From positions 135,346,001 through 135,410,000 of the forward strand of contig OX597814.1 of NCBI GenBank assembly GCA_951406725.2: a stretch of DNA of 64,000 nucleotides, in the 5' to 3' direction. The translations under genes and the position numbers were made by a program. Numbering within the stretch: position 1 is the first letter of the stretch; each line of letters begins with the position of its first letter. The DNA comes from Octopus vulgaris (taxonomy: Eukaryota). Of this stretch, positions 25,948-39,395 are shown in pieces. A model generated the notes under the pieces. That model searched no databases and was not told the origin of the DNA. It saw nothing but the letters and a program-made list of their open reading frames with translations.

Positions 25948-26773
25948 TTACTTCAGAGATGTGGCTGGTGTAAGATTTGATATGAGGTATGAATTACTTA
26001 GGGAGGATGGGATACATGGTGAGAGGAAGACTGGCAATATTTCAGTTGCATATACAGATATACTTACAAAAGCCCCATCATGATTAGGATATGACATCTG
26101 GTTGCAGAATTGTGACTCTAGATAATACAAAGCCATGAAGCCTACTTCTTAGTGTGTTGAGTTAGTGGTTGTAAGATCATGGATTTAATTTCTGGGCTGG
26201 GTGATGAACTGTGTCCTTGAACAAGAAACTTCATTTCACATTACTCCAGTTCACTCAGCTGAAAGTGAGTATCAGCTGCTGAAGTTAGCATTGTAATGTC
26301 CCATCCAGAGGGAATCGCCATGGAAAAGAATGGCAACAGCCAAGTGCTTTATTTTTCTTCAGTAGAAATATTATCATGATAGCTAAAGTTACCTAACCCT
26401 GTCAAATGTAATGCTTATTTATTCATATTGTTTTGAATTAATCTTGCATTATTTTGTAGCTTTGAGATTTCTGTGATTGTTTAAGTTTTACAATGACATT
26501 GTCGAGTCAGTGTGTGAAGCTGAATTTGGCCAGTTTGAACACAAAACAGGTAGAATATATGGTTGGTTTAGATGCTAAAGTGTTAATAGTCCCAATTTGC
26601 AATACAGTACATAAACTGTACTGATCTGATATGTCAGTTCCATCTCTATATAACTTTATATAGTGTATAAAGAAGTATAGACATGTGTTGCAAAATAATG
26701 ATATAATTTTTGCTCTGGATGGAAACATTCTAATATCTTTTGGTGAAAAATACACAAGGAAGAGGTAGATTAA

Positions 26774-26988
26774 CCCTTTCATTACCAACCCGGCTGAAAC
26801 CGGCTCTGGCTCTGAGTACAAATGTCTTGCTTTCATAAGTTTTGAATTAAAATCTTCCACCTTAGTCACAATTTATGTTCCTAAAATTAGCTGAGTGATA
26901 ACTAAGTTATTTTACTAAATTCTTTGTTATATCTAAAGTAATTGAAAGGAACATAGAGTATATCAAAATAAATATAGTAACGAAAGGG
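26774..26988. mobile_element. piggyBac-type MITE, family 1
   Basis: Colinear with 3059-3278; TTAA on the left, TAAA on the right. Confidence 0.85.
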
Positions 26989-27491
26989 TAAAGAGAAAAC
27001 TTGATAAATAATGATCAAATACTGGTGTGAGTTTGGACAGTTCATTTCAGTCTTGGTCACTTCTTATTCAGAGTTAGTGTCCTTCTTATGGGGTTGGAGG
27101 ACTACATTTAGCTTACTTGTATATTATGGCAAGATTTCTAAAGCTGGATGTCCTTCCTAACATCATTTAATATAATTTATCATGGCACCAACACTAGAGA
27201 GGTTTCTGGTTCCTTAGCCAGATTTAAAGAGTTCTCTCAGTACACATGCAGTCAACTATGGAAGCACACCTAGGTTTTTTGACATGTCTTGACCATGTTG
27301 CATGATCTTTGTAAACAATAACAAAAGGGGTTCATAACTATGTCTGGGTTGTTCATTGTTCAGTTAACTAAAGGATTATTACCTTACTTGAAAACAGGTG
27401 GGGGTTGATAACAGAAAGTGCATTTAGCCATAGAAATTTTGCTTCAAGGAATTCCATCAGAATCTTGCAAACATGGCAAAGGGAACATTAA

Positions 27492-27540
<49 letters not shown>

Positions 27541-28374
27541 GTCTGCTGTCACAACTTTAATAACTGTTTACTTTGTACTGCACCATCATAGCTATAACCC
27601 TTTCCTCTATTTACTGCATTTTCACTGCTGTACATATTTGCTCTGCTCACAGTTTTTACAGTGCATCCTATACAGTCATGTCAATGCAGTGACATTGATA
27701 CTGTGTTACATTTCTTCTCAATGTATCTTATAATTGATGTTGTTCTATGTAATGTACAGAGTTAAGACATGATGAAGAGACTCATCAATTTGGATGCTGC
27801 TTCAGCAGTTTTTCATGTCGACTTTTGATTAATGGTTTCTCACTAAACTGATTAGTTTTCTCTTATGACTCGCTTCTTATTGAAACACATTAAGATGCCT
27901 TGTATATGTTGTATTTTATTTCTCTGATGGAGAGAATCGATTATTATGACATTCACACTAAGAGGATAATGTAGATTGAGGTGATTTTAGGAGGTATATG
28001 ACACATCAGATGATGCTTTTGCTGACTGAGGTGAGTGACTCATTGGTTGATGTGATACTATTTAACATGTATACCATATGTTGGTGTCTGCTGTATGGTC
28101 CCTGCAAAAATAACTGTTTTCTAAGTATACCTTTACTGTCAATGCTAATATTGTTTACACTCATTGAGTGAAATAATGAATGGAAGATTATTATTCATCA
28201 TCACCATTGTCATCATCATCATATCTCTGTTTTACCATGCTCGTATGGGTTGAATGGGTCTTTTCCAGCATTGTATCCTGCCACTTGTTACATTCCCTTG
28301 TCATCTCCATGAATAATTAATTGATTTTGAAGTCTTTAGTCTTTAACAAAAAAGTGAGTCATTAATATATCATG

Positions 28375-28414
<40 letters not shown>

Positions 28415-28581
28415 AATTTAACATCCATGTTCTATGGTGGCATGGGTTGGATGGTTTGATGAGGAAATCAAGGAGTCAAGGACTGCATTGTATGACAGTG
28501 TCTGCTTTGGCATGGTTCCTGTGGCTGGATACCCTTCATAATGCCATCCATTTTACAGTGTGTACTGGGTGCTTTTTCATG

Positions 28582-28660
<79 letters not shown>

Positions 28661-29069
28661 AGCTAATTTATTGGTTGGTTGACTTACTAAATAGACAAAT
28701 TGCTTAATTTCTGGGCAGTGAAATGACTATGTAGAGTTCCCTGGTTGCTTTTTAGAGTAGAAACTTGGATGCAGGTAGGATTGGTTTGGCTAGAGGAGTT
28801 AGAGATGCTTACATGGGAGACTAAGGAATATATTTTTTAAAAAATGAGGTTGGTTATATTTCATGATGTCAGGCAAGATCATGGAAATTGAAAAGTGTAG
28901 CAATATGCCATATAGCAAACACATATCACCCATTCTAGCATGGAAAAATGGATAGTATGTTGATGAGAATGAGGAGCAAAGACAGTTTCTTTGTTTGCTA
29001 ATCTTTGGAATGAAGGAGTGAATCTAATTTATTAGTGTGGTGTTTAACCTTTTAGGATATAAACTGGTC

Positions 29070-29445
29070 ACATCATCATCCTTTAATGTCCATTTTCCAT
29101 GCTGGCATGGGTTGGCTGGTTTGACCAGAGCTAGCAAGCAGGAGAGCTGCAACAGGTTTCAGTCTGATTTGGCCTGGTTTCTGTGGCTGGATGCCCTTCC
29201 TAATGCCAACCACTTTACAGAGCATGCTGGGTGTTTTTTATGTGGCACCAGTACAGGTACTTTTATGTGACACTTGCATGGGTGCAATCTCATGGTGCCT
29301 GTATGAGTGCTTTTTGCATGTCATTAGTATAGATACTTTTTATGTGGCTCCAGCACACAGCTCTTGCAGGTCAATCCTCTTCAGCAGGGGGAGCGACATT
29401 AACACTTCTTATGTGGAGGACAGGTCTTCTTGAGTACAGCAAGGC
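29070..29445 (-). mobile_element. SINE family C with (CAT)n end
   Basis: catcatc-tttaatgtccattttccatgctggcatgggttgg...ctggatgcccttcctaatgccaaccacttt is shared with copies near 15415, 28410, 31935, 32415, 33085, 34600 (opposite strand), 55525 and 56860 (opposite strand). Confidence 0.72.
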
Positions 29446-30226
29446 GCCAAATATTCTGTTTTATGTTCAGACTGGTCAGATCCAGCTTCTCACACCTATC
29501 CTACAATATCATTCTAAAAATAAGCTATCACATCAGTAAAACCTGAAATATACCAGATAATGCATGATTAAGTCAAATAAATGAGTAAGCACTACATTTA
29601 ACAAAGTAATCTGAATGCTAAAGTAACACATGTAGTAACACATAGAGAAAATTATTATGTAATCTCAAATTCTGGTTTCTGAAGTAGTTATTGTGAGCCT
29701 CAGGTCAGCTTTGACTAAGCAGACTTATGATCAAAGGGTGTTCCAGTCATATTATCCCAGCATTCTTTTTCATAATATATTTAGGACTACATTATCCAGT
29801 GTTTCCTTTCTCAAGACAGTAGGTTATGATTTTAAAGAAATGATATTGATAATTCTAGCTGACCAAGTGACCACATAAATGTCTCCTTCATTGGTTCATG
29901 TTTCCTATAGTAGTAAAGAGAGAAAAGACAAATTTGCTGTTGATTGAATACCAATGTATTGCTGGGTGACAGTTCCTGACAAGCTGGGTAAACTGAGTTT
30001 TGTTGCATAAAGCATTCTGCTTAGAACCACCATGAAAAGCTTGTATTAGATTTTCATTAGTAAACTTAGAAACCATGAATTTGAAGTTCAATACTCTATT
30101 TAAGCCATTCCATCATTCCCATAAGGAATTATAAGATTCTAAATTTTCTTAATGTTTGTGAGTAGCTGTCAGAGCTGAAACTTTGCCTTTTTATAATTCA
30201 TTCTTTCTTTCTGTTTGTCTAGCATC

Positions 30227-30303
30227 ATGGATGATCCTAACAGTCAAAGCAATACTGACCGGTGGGTGTGTCCTAATGACCGGCAATTAGCATTACGTGC
30301 CAA
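30227..30303 (+). CDS. RPH3A: Rabphilin/Noc2-family Rab effector, coding exon 1 (MDDPNSQSNTDRWVCPNDRQLALRA-K)
   Basis: Polypyrimidine tract and AG at 30221-30222, ATG at 30227, WVCPNDRQLALRAK signature of rabphilin/Noc2, donor AA/gtaagt, phase 2. Confidence 0.92.
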
Positions 30304-31380
30304 GTAAGTATTAGTTATTATTGTTGTTACTGCTGCTGCTGCTGTTGTTGTTATTGTTATTGTTGTTGTTGTTGTTGTTGTTGTTCTTCTTCTTCTTCTT
30401 CTTCTTCTTCTTCTTCTTCTTCTATTATTATTATTATTATTATTATTTGTTGATGTTGTTGAGTTCCAATTCTGACAAGGTCAATTTTGCCTTTCGTCAC
30501 CCTGAGTCAATAAGATAAAGTACCAGTTTTGTACTGGAGCTGATGGTTTTGACTTACTACTTTCTTCAGAATCACCGGCTTTGTGCTTAAATAAGAAATT
30601 ATCATTATTATTATTATTCTCAAGGCAGCAAGCTAGCAGAATCATTAACATGCTTTAACGGCATTTTGTCTGTCTTTATGTTCTGAGTTTAAATTCTGCT
30701 GAGGCTGACTTTGCCTTTCATCTGTTCAGGGTTGACAAAGTAAGTACCAGTTGAACACTGGGGTTGATGTAATTGACTATCCCCCTCCCCCAATTTCAGG
30801 CCTTGTGCCTATAGTAGAAAAGAATGATTATTATTATTATTATTATTTGTCTAACCCGTGCTCTCTGTCCAACCCATGCTAGCGCGGAAAACGGACGTTA
30901 AACGATGATGATGATGATGATGATTATTATTATCATTATTATTATTATTATTATTATTATTAATATTATCATTACTATTTAAATAGTGAGTGAATGACTT
31001 TTATTATAGATCTCTTATCACTCACACGTGCTGAAGGATACAGAAACTGGATGAATGAATACTTCTCTAGAAAATCAACCAGATGTATACACACACAGAC
31101 ATCCATCACATTTACACATGCATGAATATTTTGCACATACACAGACACATCATACATAAATTATAAAAATGATCAAAGATCTGTTTTCTTTATCCATGAT
31201 ATTGTTTTCAACTACCAATAACCACGCCTCAGATTTACCTCATTGGCTTTGGTACCGCCTCTGCGCAAAGCTATATTCATCAGTGAGCATTCAAAATAAT
31301 GATGTTTCTTAGTAAAAGTGATGATAAATAGCCCATAAATTTTACTTTTGGAGTATTGTTTACAAAAATATATACTAATG

Positions 31381-31381
31381 A

Positions 31382-31412
<31 letters not shown>

Positions 31413-31528
31413 TGCATATACATATATGTATGTATATATGTGTATATATATATATATACATATATATGTATGTATATATGTGTGTATATATGTATATATA
31501 TACATATATATATATATATGTATGTATG

Positions 31529-31603
<75 letters not shown>
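31381..31603. repeat. Compound (TA)n/(TATG)n microsatellite
   Basis: Directly visible. Confidence 0.95.
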
Positions 31604-31606
<3 letters not shown>

Positions 31607-31898
31607 ACAGTGGTTAGGGCAGCGGACGCACGGTCGTAAGATCGCTATTTCGATTCCCAGACAGGGCGTTGTGTGTGTTTATTGAGCGAAAACACCTAAG
31701 GCCTCACGAGGCTCCGGCAGGGGGGGGGGGATCCCTGCTGTACTCTTTCGCCACAACTTTCTCTCACTCTTTCTTCTGTTGACCTGCTTGCTTAGCCAGC
31801 GGGGTGGCGTCATTTGAAGGCTAAAACAATGCGAAGTGCATTGTGACCAGCGATGTGTAGCAACATCTGATAGCCTGGTCGGTCACATGATCACGTGA
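31604..31898 (+). mobile_element. CpG-rich tRNA-derived SINE inserted in (TA)n, single copy in the window
   Basis: A-box-like cagtggttagg, B-box-like atttcgattccc, 3' end gtcacatgatcacgtga, (TA)n on both sides. Confidence 0.7.
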
Positions 31899-32724
31899 TA
31901 TATATATATATTTATATATATCATCCATCATCATCATCATCGTTTGATGTCCATCTTCCATGCATGCATGGGTAGGATGGTTGACAGGAGCTGGCCAGGT
32001 AGAAAAACTGCTCTAAGTTACTGTTTCTGTTTTGGCAGGGATTTTATGACTGGATGCACTTCTTAACACCACCCACTCCGCAGAGTGGACTGGATGCTTT
32101 TTACGTGACACTAGCACTAGCAGGGTAACCAAGACAAGGAATTATGAGAGGGGCAGGGCATTTGAGGAGAGGAACTTGTGTCAGAAGATGAAAGGTTAGA
32201 GTGAGACAAAGAGACAGAGAGACAGAAGCAGGTGTCTTGTCACAACAGAGATGTAATAGAGGAATTGATCCAGTAACAGATGATGAAAGGTTAGAGTGTA
32301 ACAGTGAAATAGTATGGTGGAAATATTATATATAAATTTTATTTATATATATATATATATGCAATTAATCCAAACATGAACAAAGAGAAAACGCCATCAT
32401 CATCATCATCCTCATCATTTAACATCTGTTGTCCATGCTGACATGAGTTGGATGTTTGACCAGGGTTGGCAAGCTGGAAGGCTGCAACAGACTCCAGTCT
32501 GATTTGGCATGGTTTCTATGGCTGGATGCCCTTTCTAATGCTAACCACTCTGAGAGTGTAATGGCACGGGTGCCATTTGCATGATACACATGCACACACA
32601 CACACACATATATATCACATTCTTCTACATGTTAGTCTCCACCAACACACTCTCTCTCAATGACAAGCCTGTCCCTTTCACCATATTTAAACTTATCAAC
32701 AGCAAGCATAAAGTCAGTTATAAG

Positions 32725-32901
32725 ATGGAGCACCATCTTAAAGGGTTTTAGTCAAAGAAATTGACCCCAGGACTTATTATTTGTAGGCCTAGTACTTATT
32801 CTGGTAGTCTCTTTAACAAACCAGTAAGTTATGGGCATGTAAACACACCAACATCGATTGTTAAGTGATGGTGGGAACCAACACAGACACAAAGACACAT
32901 A

Positions 32902-32941
<40 letters not shown>

Positions 32942-33085
32942 GCTTCTTTCAGTTTCCATCTACCAAATCCACTCAAGAGGCTTTAGTCAGCCCAGGGCTA
33001 TGGTAGTAGACACTTGCCCAAGATGCCATACAGTGGGACTGAACCAAGAATGATGTGATTGAGAATCAAGCTTCTCACCACACAT
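32725..33085 (-). mobile_element. tRNA-derived SINE, family A variant with internal (TA)n
   Basis: Reverse complement of the family A head, body and tail. Confidence 0.75.
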
Positions 33086-33782
33086 CATCATCATCATCAT
33101 TCTTTGATGTTCATTTTCCAAGCTGGTGCAATTTTTATGATTGAACCCAAGCTGGCAAGCCAGAATGCTGCACAGGTTCCAGTGTGATTTGGCTTGGTTT
33201 TTGCAGCTGGATGCCCTCCCTAACACCAACCATTTTATAGTGTTGGCTGAATGCTTTTAATGGGGCTGCAGCATGAGTGCATTTATGTGATGCATGAGTA
33301 CTTTTTATGTGGCACTAGCACAGGACTCTTGCAGGCCAATTCTCTTCACCAGGGGCGGAGTGTCTTTAGCACTTCCGGTGTGGAGAATGGATCTTCTTCA
33401 GTACAGCAAGGCACCAATTATTTTGATCCTATATATATATTTAAAACTTTGTTCCTTGTTTGAAAGTAAATTCAGAGACTTCAAGTAATCCAAAATTGTG
33501 TGTGTCTGTGTTTGTACCCCATCACAACTTGACAACTATAGTCCCTGTAACTTAGCAGTTCAGCAAAAGAGACCAAGAGAATAAGTACCAGGCTTAAAAA
33601 ATAAGTACTGGGGTTGATTTATTCAACTAAAAATTCAAGGCAGTGCCCTAGCATGACCACAGTCTAATGACTAAAATAGATAAAAGATAACTGATAAAAG
33701 ATACCGCAAAATAAATGTTTAGTACCTTTTCATCTCAATTATCCAACTCTGAATATATACATTTTTTTTCTTTCGTTTTCAG

Positions 33783-33926
33783 ATTAGGAACTGGCTGGTC
33801 ATATCATACAAATCGATTCACTCAATTTCGCAAGGATGACCAACTTAGTGTTGATGAACAGGAGCAGATACTAAATGTGATCTCACGTGCTGAATTCATG
33901 GACAATGTGGAACAGGAACGAATTGG
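33783..33926 (+). CDS. RPH3A: Rabphilin-like coding exon 2 (LGTGWSYHT...EQEQILNVISRAEFMDNVEQERIG), Rab-binding helix
   Basis: ttttcag acceptor, GG/gtaag donor, 144 nt, phase 2-2 compatible with neighbours; GWS and EQERIG motifs. Confidence 0.93.
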
Positions 33927-35077
33927 GTAAGGTCCAGCAATCCTATCATCCTTTCTGTGATAAGCTGTCCAAGGATATCAAATACTATTTTTTAACAATC
34001 ATCATATAAAATATAACTCTCCACTATCTTACTTGGTAGCATTTGCTGTTGAATATGAGCCTAATTATCTTACATTTCATATTCAAGAAATTTCATTTAG
34101 GTATGGCCATGCTAAGAATAGGATGTAAGCATGGCCAAATGGTTAAGAAGTTCACTTTAGAATCATGAGATTCCAAGTCTGATTCCACTTGCACCTTGGG
34201 CATCTTTTATCATAGACTTGGATCTACCCAAACCTTGTGAGTGAAAATGGGTAGATGGAAAGTTGATTGAATTGAAATTACTTGTAATTCAAAAATGCCT
34301 GCCTTATTGCACACAATGTCATCTTGATTCAGCATTCATATTACATTAAATGTACAAATTTCTGTGGAATATTCAACCATTTGAGAATCCAAACAATAGG
34401 AAGTTCTGTTGTTTGGGCAACTAGAACACCTGTTATTGAAACTGACAGTGGATTCATTTACATGTAAATAATTATTATAGTGAGCTAGGTGAAATCGTAG
34501 TCATGGCAAGTGCTGGAGATACACAAAAGCACCCATGCTGGTGACACATATAAGGCACCCATGACAGGGACACATACATGGCATCCTTGCCAGTGACATG
34601 TAAAAGACACCCAGTACAATTCTGTGAAGTTGTTGGTATTAGGAAGGGCATCCAGCAGTAGAAACCAAGCCCCAAAAGACTAGAGCCTGGTGTAGCTCTC
34701 CAGTTTATAAGCTCCATTGAAACCATCTTACCCATGCCAGCATGGAAAATGGATGCTAAATGATGTTACTAAAGGATGATGATGATGATTTTTCACTCAG
34801 CTAAGACCTCTGACATTTTTCAGTCTCTTTAAACCAGCATCTCAAACAATGAAGCAGTGGATGTGTCGTTGCTCTGAATTTTTACTCTCAGTGAATTAGG
34901 CATGTACTGTCCATGCGATCAAGCAGTTTGAATAGCACTGGAAAAAGCTAAAAGCAGAAATGTCCAAAATGATTCCACAATGTTATTAGTTTACATGAAA
35001 CTCTTTGTTGTGACAAAAAGTATCTCTCAAAAGAGTTGGTTTATTTTATTTTCTGTTTTGCATTTCTTTACTTTCAG

Positions 35078-35207
35078 GCGTCTGGTAGAAAAATTTGATA
35101 ACATGAAGAAGAATGCAATGGGAAACGGTGACAATCAATGTATTTTATGTGGTGATGAATTTGGTTTGCTGGGAGCTTCTCCAACTTACTGTGATGATTG
35201 TAAGAAG
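35078..35207 (+). CDS. RPH3A: Rabphilin-like coding exon 3 (RLVEKFDNMKKNAMGNGDNQCILCGDEFGLLGASPTYCDDCKK)
   Basis: tttcag acceptor, AAG/gtaatg donor, phase 2-0; first two CxxC pairs of the FYVE-type finger. Confidence 0.94.
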
Positions 35208-35252
35208 GTAATGTAATGTCTAAATGAGACTATATTTCTTAACATGTTTTAA

Positions 35253-35429
35253 CACTTTAGCATTCAGTTACTCTGTCAAATGTAATTCTTATTTATTTAC
35301 ATTGTTTTGAATTAATCATGCATTATCTCTTAGCTTTAAGATGCTGATGATGTGAATAGATTTGGTCAGTTTGAACATAAAGCAGATAGAATATTTTGGC
35401 CGGATATGGCTGGTTTAAATGCTAAAGGG
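35253..35429. mobile_element. piggyBac-type MITE, family 2, internally deleted
   Basis: TTAA-cactttagcatt ... aatgctaaaggg-TTAA; reverse complement of 43150-43369. Confidence 0.8.
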
Positions 35430-36729
35430 TTAACAAATGTTTTTAACAAGAGATTATTATTATAGACTCATTAGAGTCAGACAAAATGCTTTGCAATATT
35501 TCTTCTGGTTCAATACATTCTGAGTTCAATGCATTTGTGGTCAATAAAATAAACTACCAATCAAGTACTGGGGTTAGTGGTATTGACTGCCTTGCCCACC
35601 TCAAAATTGCTGACCTTCCTCATACCTAAGTCTAAAACCATTACTGTTGCTGTTGTTATAGAATTGCACATTGATCATGGAGAATTAGTGACAATAAGCA
35701 TTCTCAACTCTCAAAGACTTTGTTAATAATATTGGCATAATAGAGAATGATAGTTTACTGTAAACAAACTGTTCAGGTTTCAATTCCCATGTGAGACAAA
35801 CTTTTGAATAGCTGTTTTTGTATCATTCTCACTGCTTATATGGTTACAGAGATGATTTGTATTCAGATGTCTTAGAATTTTCTCATTTATTTGGTGAAAT
35901 CAAATTGATTTCAGTCTGTTTCTTTTGTTTCAGCTCTATTCTATGACATAGCAAAATCTATAATCTCATATATTTTATTTGTACTCCTATTACATAGTCA
36001 GTTTGAATAGTGAAATCTTACATAATCACACAGTAGTTGTTTTCTTTACTGAATTCAAATTTCTGACAATCTTCACAGTTTAAGTACCAGTCAGATCAGT
36101 TTAACTGACTATGCCTTTCCCTGAATTTTGTGGGCGTGTGCCCATGTTAAGAGAGGTGCTGTTTTCTAGTAACTTTCCTGAATGCTAAGTAAGAATTGTG
36201 AGAATGACTACAGAAGCAATAAAGAATAGATGAAATACGGATTTATGAAAATTTGGGCTCTGGTTATGTACAGTGTGTGTAAGAAACATATAGTCTACTT
36301 GTGAGAATTAGCTTTGGTGACTATTGTGAACTTTGTTTAAATTACAACAAAAATATGGGCCCATTCTTGTCCATTCTGACACCTGAATTGCTTGTGGGTA
36401 CTTCCAAGATGTGACCTTTTCAGGACTTAGACAAAGTGTAGGGCAAAGATGAAGATAATCATAATTTTGAAGAGCCTTGATCTAACTCAGGAAGTTATGA
36501 ATTTTCTATGAATTATATGTTTTAATTATGTCTGTATTGATGCATATTCATTTATGATGAGTAATTTGAAAGGAAAAAATTATCACATCTCAGTATGTTG
36601 TGTATCTTTATCCCTCCTCTTTGTTTTGTTTATTCCCACATATTTTGTAACTTTATTTATGCATTTGTATTGTATGAATGAATGGATTTGATGGCAGCTA
36701 TAATAAAGATTATTATTTTTATTATCATT

Positions 36730-37135
36730 CAGGTGGTGAGCTGGCAGAATCATTAGCATGCTGGGCAAAATGCTTAGCAGCATTTATGTTCAAAGTCCCC
36801 TATTTCAGGGTTGATAAAATAAGTACCAGTTGAGTACTGGGGTCAATATAATTGACTGTCCCCCTCCCCAAAATTTCAGGCCTCATGCCTATAGTAGAAA
36901 GATTATTATTATTTTTTTTAAGGTGGCAACCTGGCAGAACCATCAGCATGCCAGGCAAAATACTTTGTGGTATTTTGTCTGGTTATACATTCTGAGTTCA
37001 AATTCTGCCAGAGTCAGTTTTACCTTTCTTCCATTTGGAGCCGATAAAATAGGTACCGGTTGAGCGCTGAGTTGATATAATCAACTTTCCCACCTGTCAA
37101 AATTGCAAGCCTTGTGCCTATAGTGGACAGAATTA
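36730..37135 (+). mobile_element. Two tandem family B SINEs in (ATT)n
   Basis: ggtggtgagctggcagaatc head at 36732 and ggtggcaacctggcagaacc head at 36922, each with the core and an (ATT)n tail. Confidence 0.75.
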
Positions 37136-37145
37136 TTGTTATTGC

Positions 37146-37179
<34 letters not shown>

Positions 37180-37630
37180 GTTATTATTTCTTTTCAGTTC
37201 TTTATAAGTTTTTTATACAACCGCCTCCCCCTCCCTCTGTGTCCTCTGTGTGCTGATGTTTGTTCAATATTAACAATTTGGAGAATGAGAAGGCTTTCAT
37301 ATTACATTTAATTTGCTGTGTTGTGCTTTTGGGATTTCTTTTGTTGTTTCTTGTGTTGTTTTAATGATACTGCTCATGTTTGCTGTGAAAGCTTTTATAG
37401 TTATTGGGAGGTGATTTTATGCAATACGTTCTCTCTGGATTATGTTATTGAATTGAAAGTGTCTTTCATAGATTGTGTACTTTTGAATTGTGTGTAAAGT
37501 GGTAAGCCCTGATTATTTTTGTTTTTGTTCATGTTCTTATCGTACCTAGATCATCAGTTATTACTGGTGCGCACTTTATTTTTATTCATTTTTTTTCTTA
37601 CTTTTTATACTTAATAGTTTCTGCCATCAC

Positions 37631-37695
<65 letters not shown>

Positions 37696-37702
37696 ACACA
37701 CA

Positions 37703-37738
<36 letters not shown>

Positions 37739-37994
37739 TTATACATATACATATATGTGTGTGTGTGTGTGTGTTTATTTATTTATTTATTTCACTTAGG
37801 CATAGCAATATTAATAACCAGTTGTTAGAACTCAATATTCTTATGCTTTAGAGAAAAATGTTAGTCAAGTACAGAAAAAAGTCATGTAATCACCACCATT
37901 AGCTTACAGTTATTTCAACTATGAAAAGTAGTGCACTCAAAGCTGAATGCTTGTGCAACCTCCTATAGCTTCCTCAGAGCCATTAAAATGAAGT

Positions 37995-38600
37995 GTATTT
38001 TCATTTCAGAAAGCATTTAAATACAAACATACATTGGGAATACTGGTGGAATATCCTAGTGAAAACCTCAATAAAATGTAAACATAACAGACTTGATATA
38101 GTTATTTGGTACAGAGAAGAGAAACTCTGTGCACTAGTAGAAATTAGCTGCCCAGCAGATATGAACATAACGCTAAAGATCAGAGAAAAAGAAAATACCT
38201 ACGTTGAACTACAGAGAAATCTGCTGTTACAAAATTACAAGTTCAGGTTCATACCTGTAATAATTGGGGCACTGGCATATGCAACACACTTCAGAAGTTA
38301 GTCTTCTCAAAATCAGAGAGGAGAAAGCTGTTTCAGAGACTACAGATCCAAGCCATCACTGGAACTGTAAACATTTGTAAAACTTTCTAGAAATTTATCA
38401 TTTATGTATATATACATATGTCCAGACAAGCAATCATATGCATAAGAATACATACATAACATACAAATCTGCACATATACATACATTCACACAAACAAAA
38501 TTACTCTGTTGATGTTGAAATTCCAGTGAAGGAGCCTTGGATCTTGGTTAGAAAGTGGCTCCTTCACTATTGGCAAGAAATCTTGAAATAAAAAGGAATA
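37995..38600 (+). mobile_element. Dong/R4-like LINE 3' fragment with 3' UTR hairpin
   Basis: EYWWN...HNRLDIVIW...LVEISCP...IPVIIGAL endonuclease region; UTR stem agtgaaggagcc / ggctccttcact. Confidence 0.75.
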
Positions 38601-38936
38601 ATAACATACACACACACATGTACACATACACACACTCATACATACACATACATACATGATTAAAATATACATACATGCATATTTTAAGTCTGTTACTTAC
38701 TCTTTTGGTTTGTGCTTGCTCAACTGCTAATCTGCAGTTGTCAAGTAGGGACTGGGGTGAGTACAAAGGCACAGACAGACCCTCATACATCATTATATGC
38801 ACATTCACTCACAAGGCATTGGTCAGCCTGAAGCTATACTAGAATAAACTTGCCCATGCTTGCAAAGAAACCACATGCTTGCAAAGTGAACTTCTTAGCC
38901 ACACAGCCATGTGTCCATGTTTGTATGCATGATATA

Positions 38937-38970
<34 letters not shown>

Positions 38971-38979
<9 letters not shown>

Positions 38980-39300
38980 GGAAATGAAGAAAATGCTGAC
39001 AAAATAATTTAAGTAAGGGAGAGTGTATTTAATTAGGTGAAAGTTCTTTTTACCGGTTGTGCATTTGTTATGCTTATCAAAAGATGTTTTTTAAAGAGAT
39101 AGAGTTCCTTTCTGATAGATTTTTTTCTCAGATAAGAGAAAAAAATCTATCAGAAAGGAACTCTATCTCTCTTAAAAAAACATCTTTTGATAAGCATAAC
39201 AAATGCACAACCGGTAAAAAGAACTTTCACCTAATTAAATACACTCTCCCTTACTTAAATTATTTTGGCAGCATTTTCTTCATTTCCTTTTTTTATATAT
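38971..39300. repeat. Near-perfect palindrome (about 160-bp arms, 6-nt loop) between (TA)n tracts
   Basis: 38971-39129 is the reverse complement of 39136-39300 apart from one clear substitution and small indels; loop agataa. Confidence 0.95.
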
Positions 39301-39328
39301 CACAACTCGTGTTCCACATCTCCTTTTT

Positions 39329-39395
<67 letters not shown>

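Noticed and set aside
31010-31290. Hammerhead-like words (minus-strand CTGATGA near 31283, GAAA near 31209)
   Set aside because: I could not build a convincing stem I or stem III; it may be a very old remnant.
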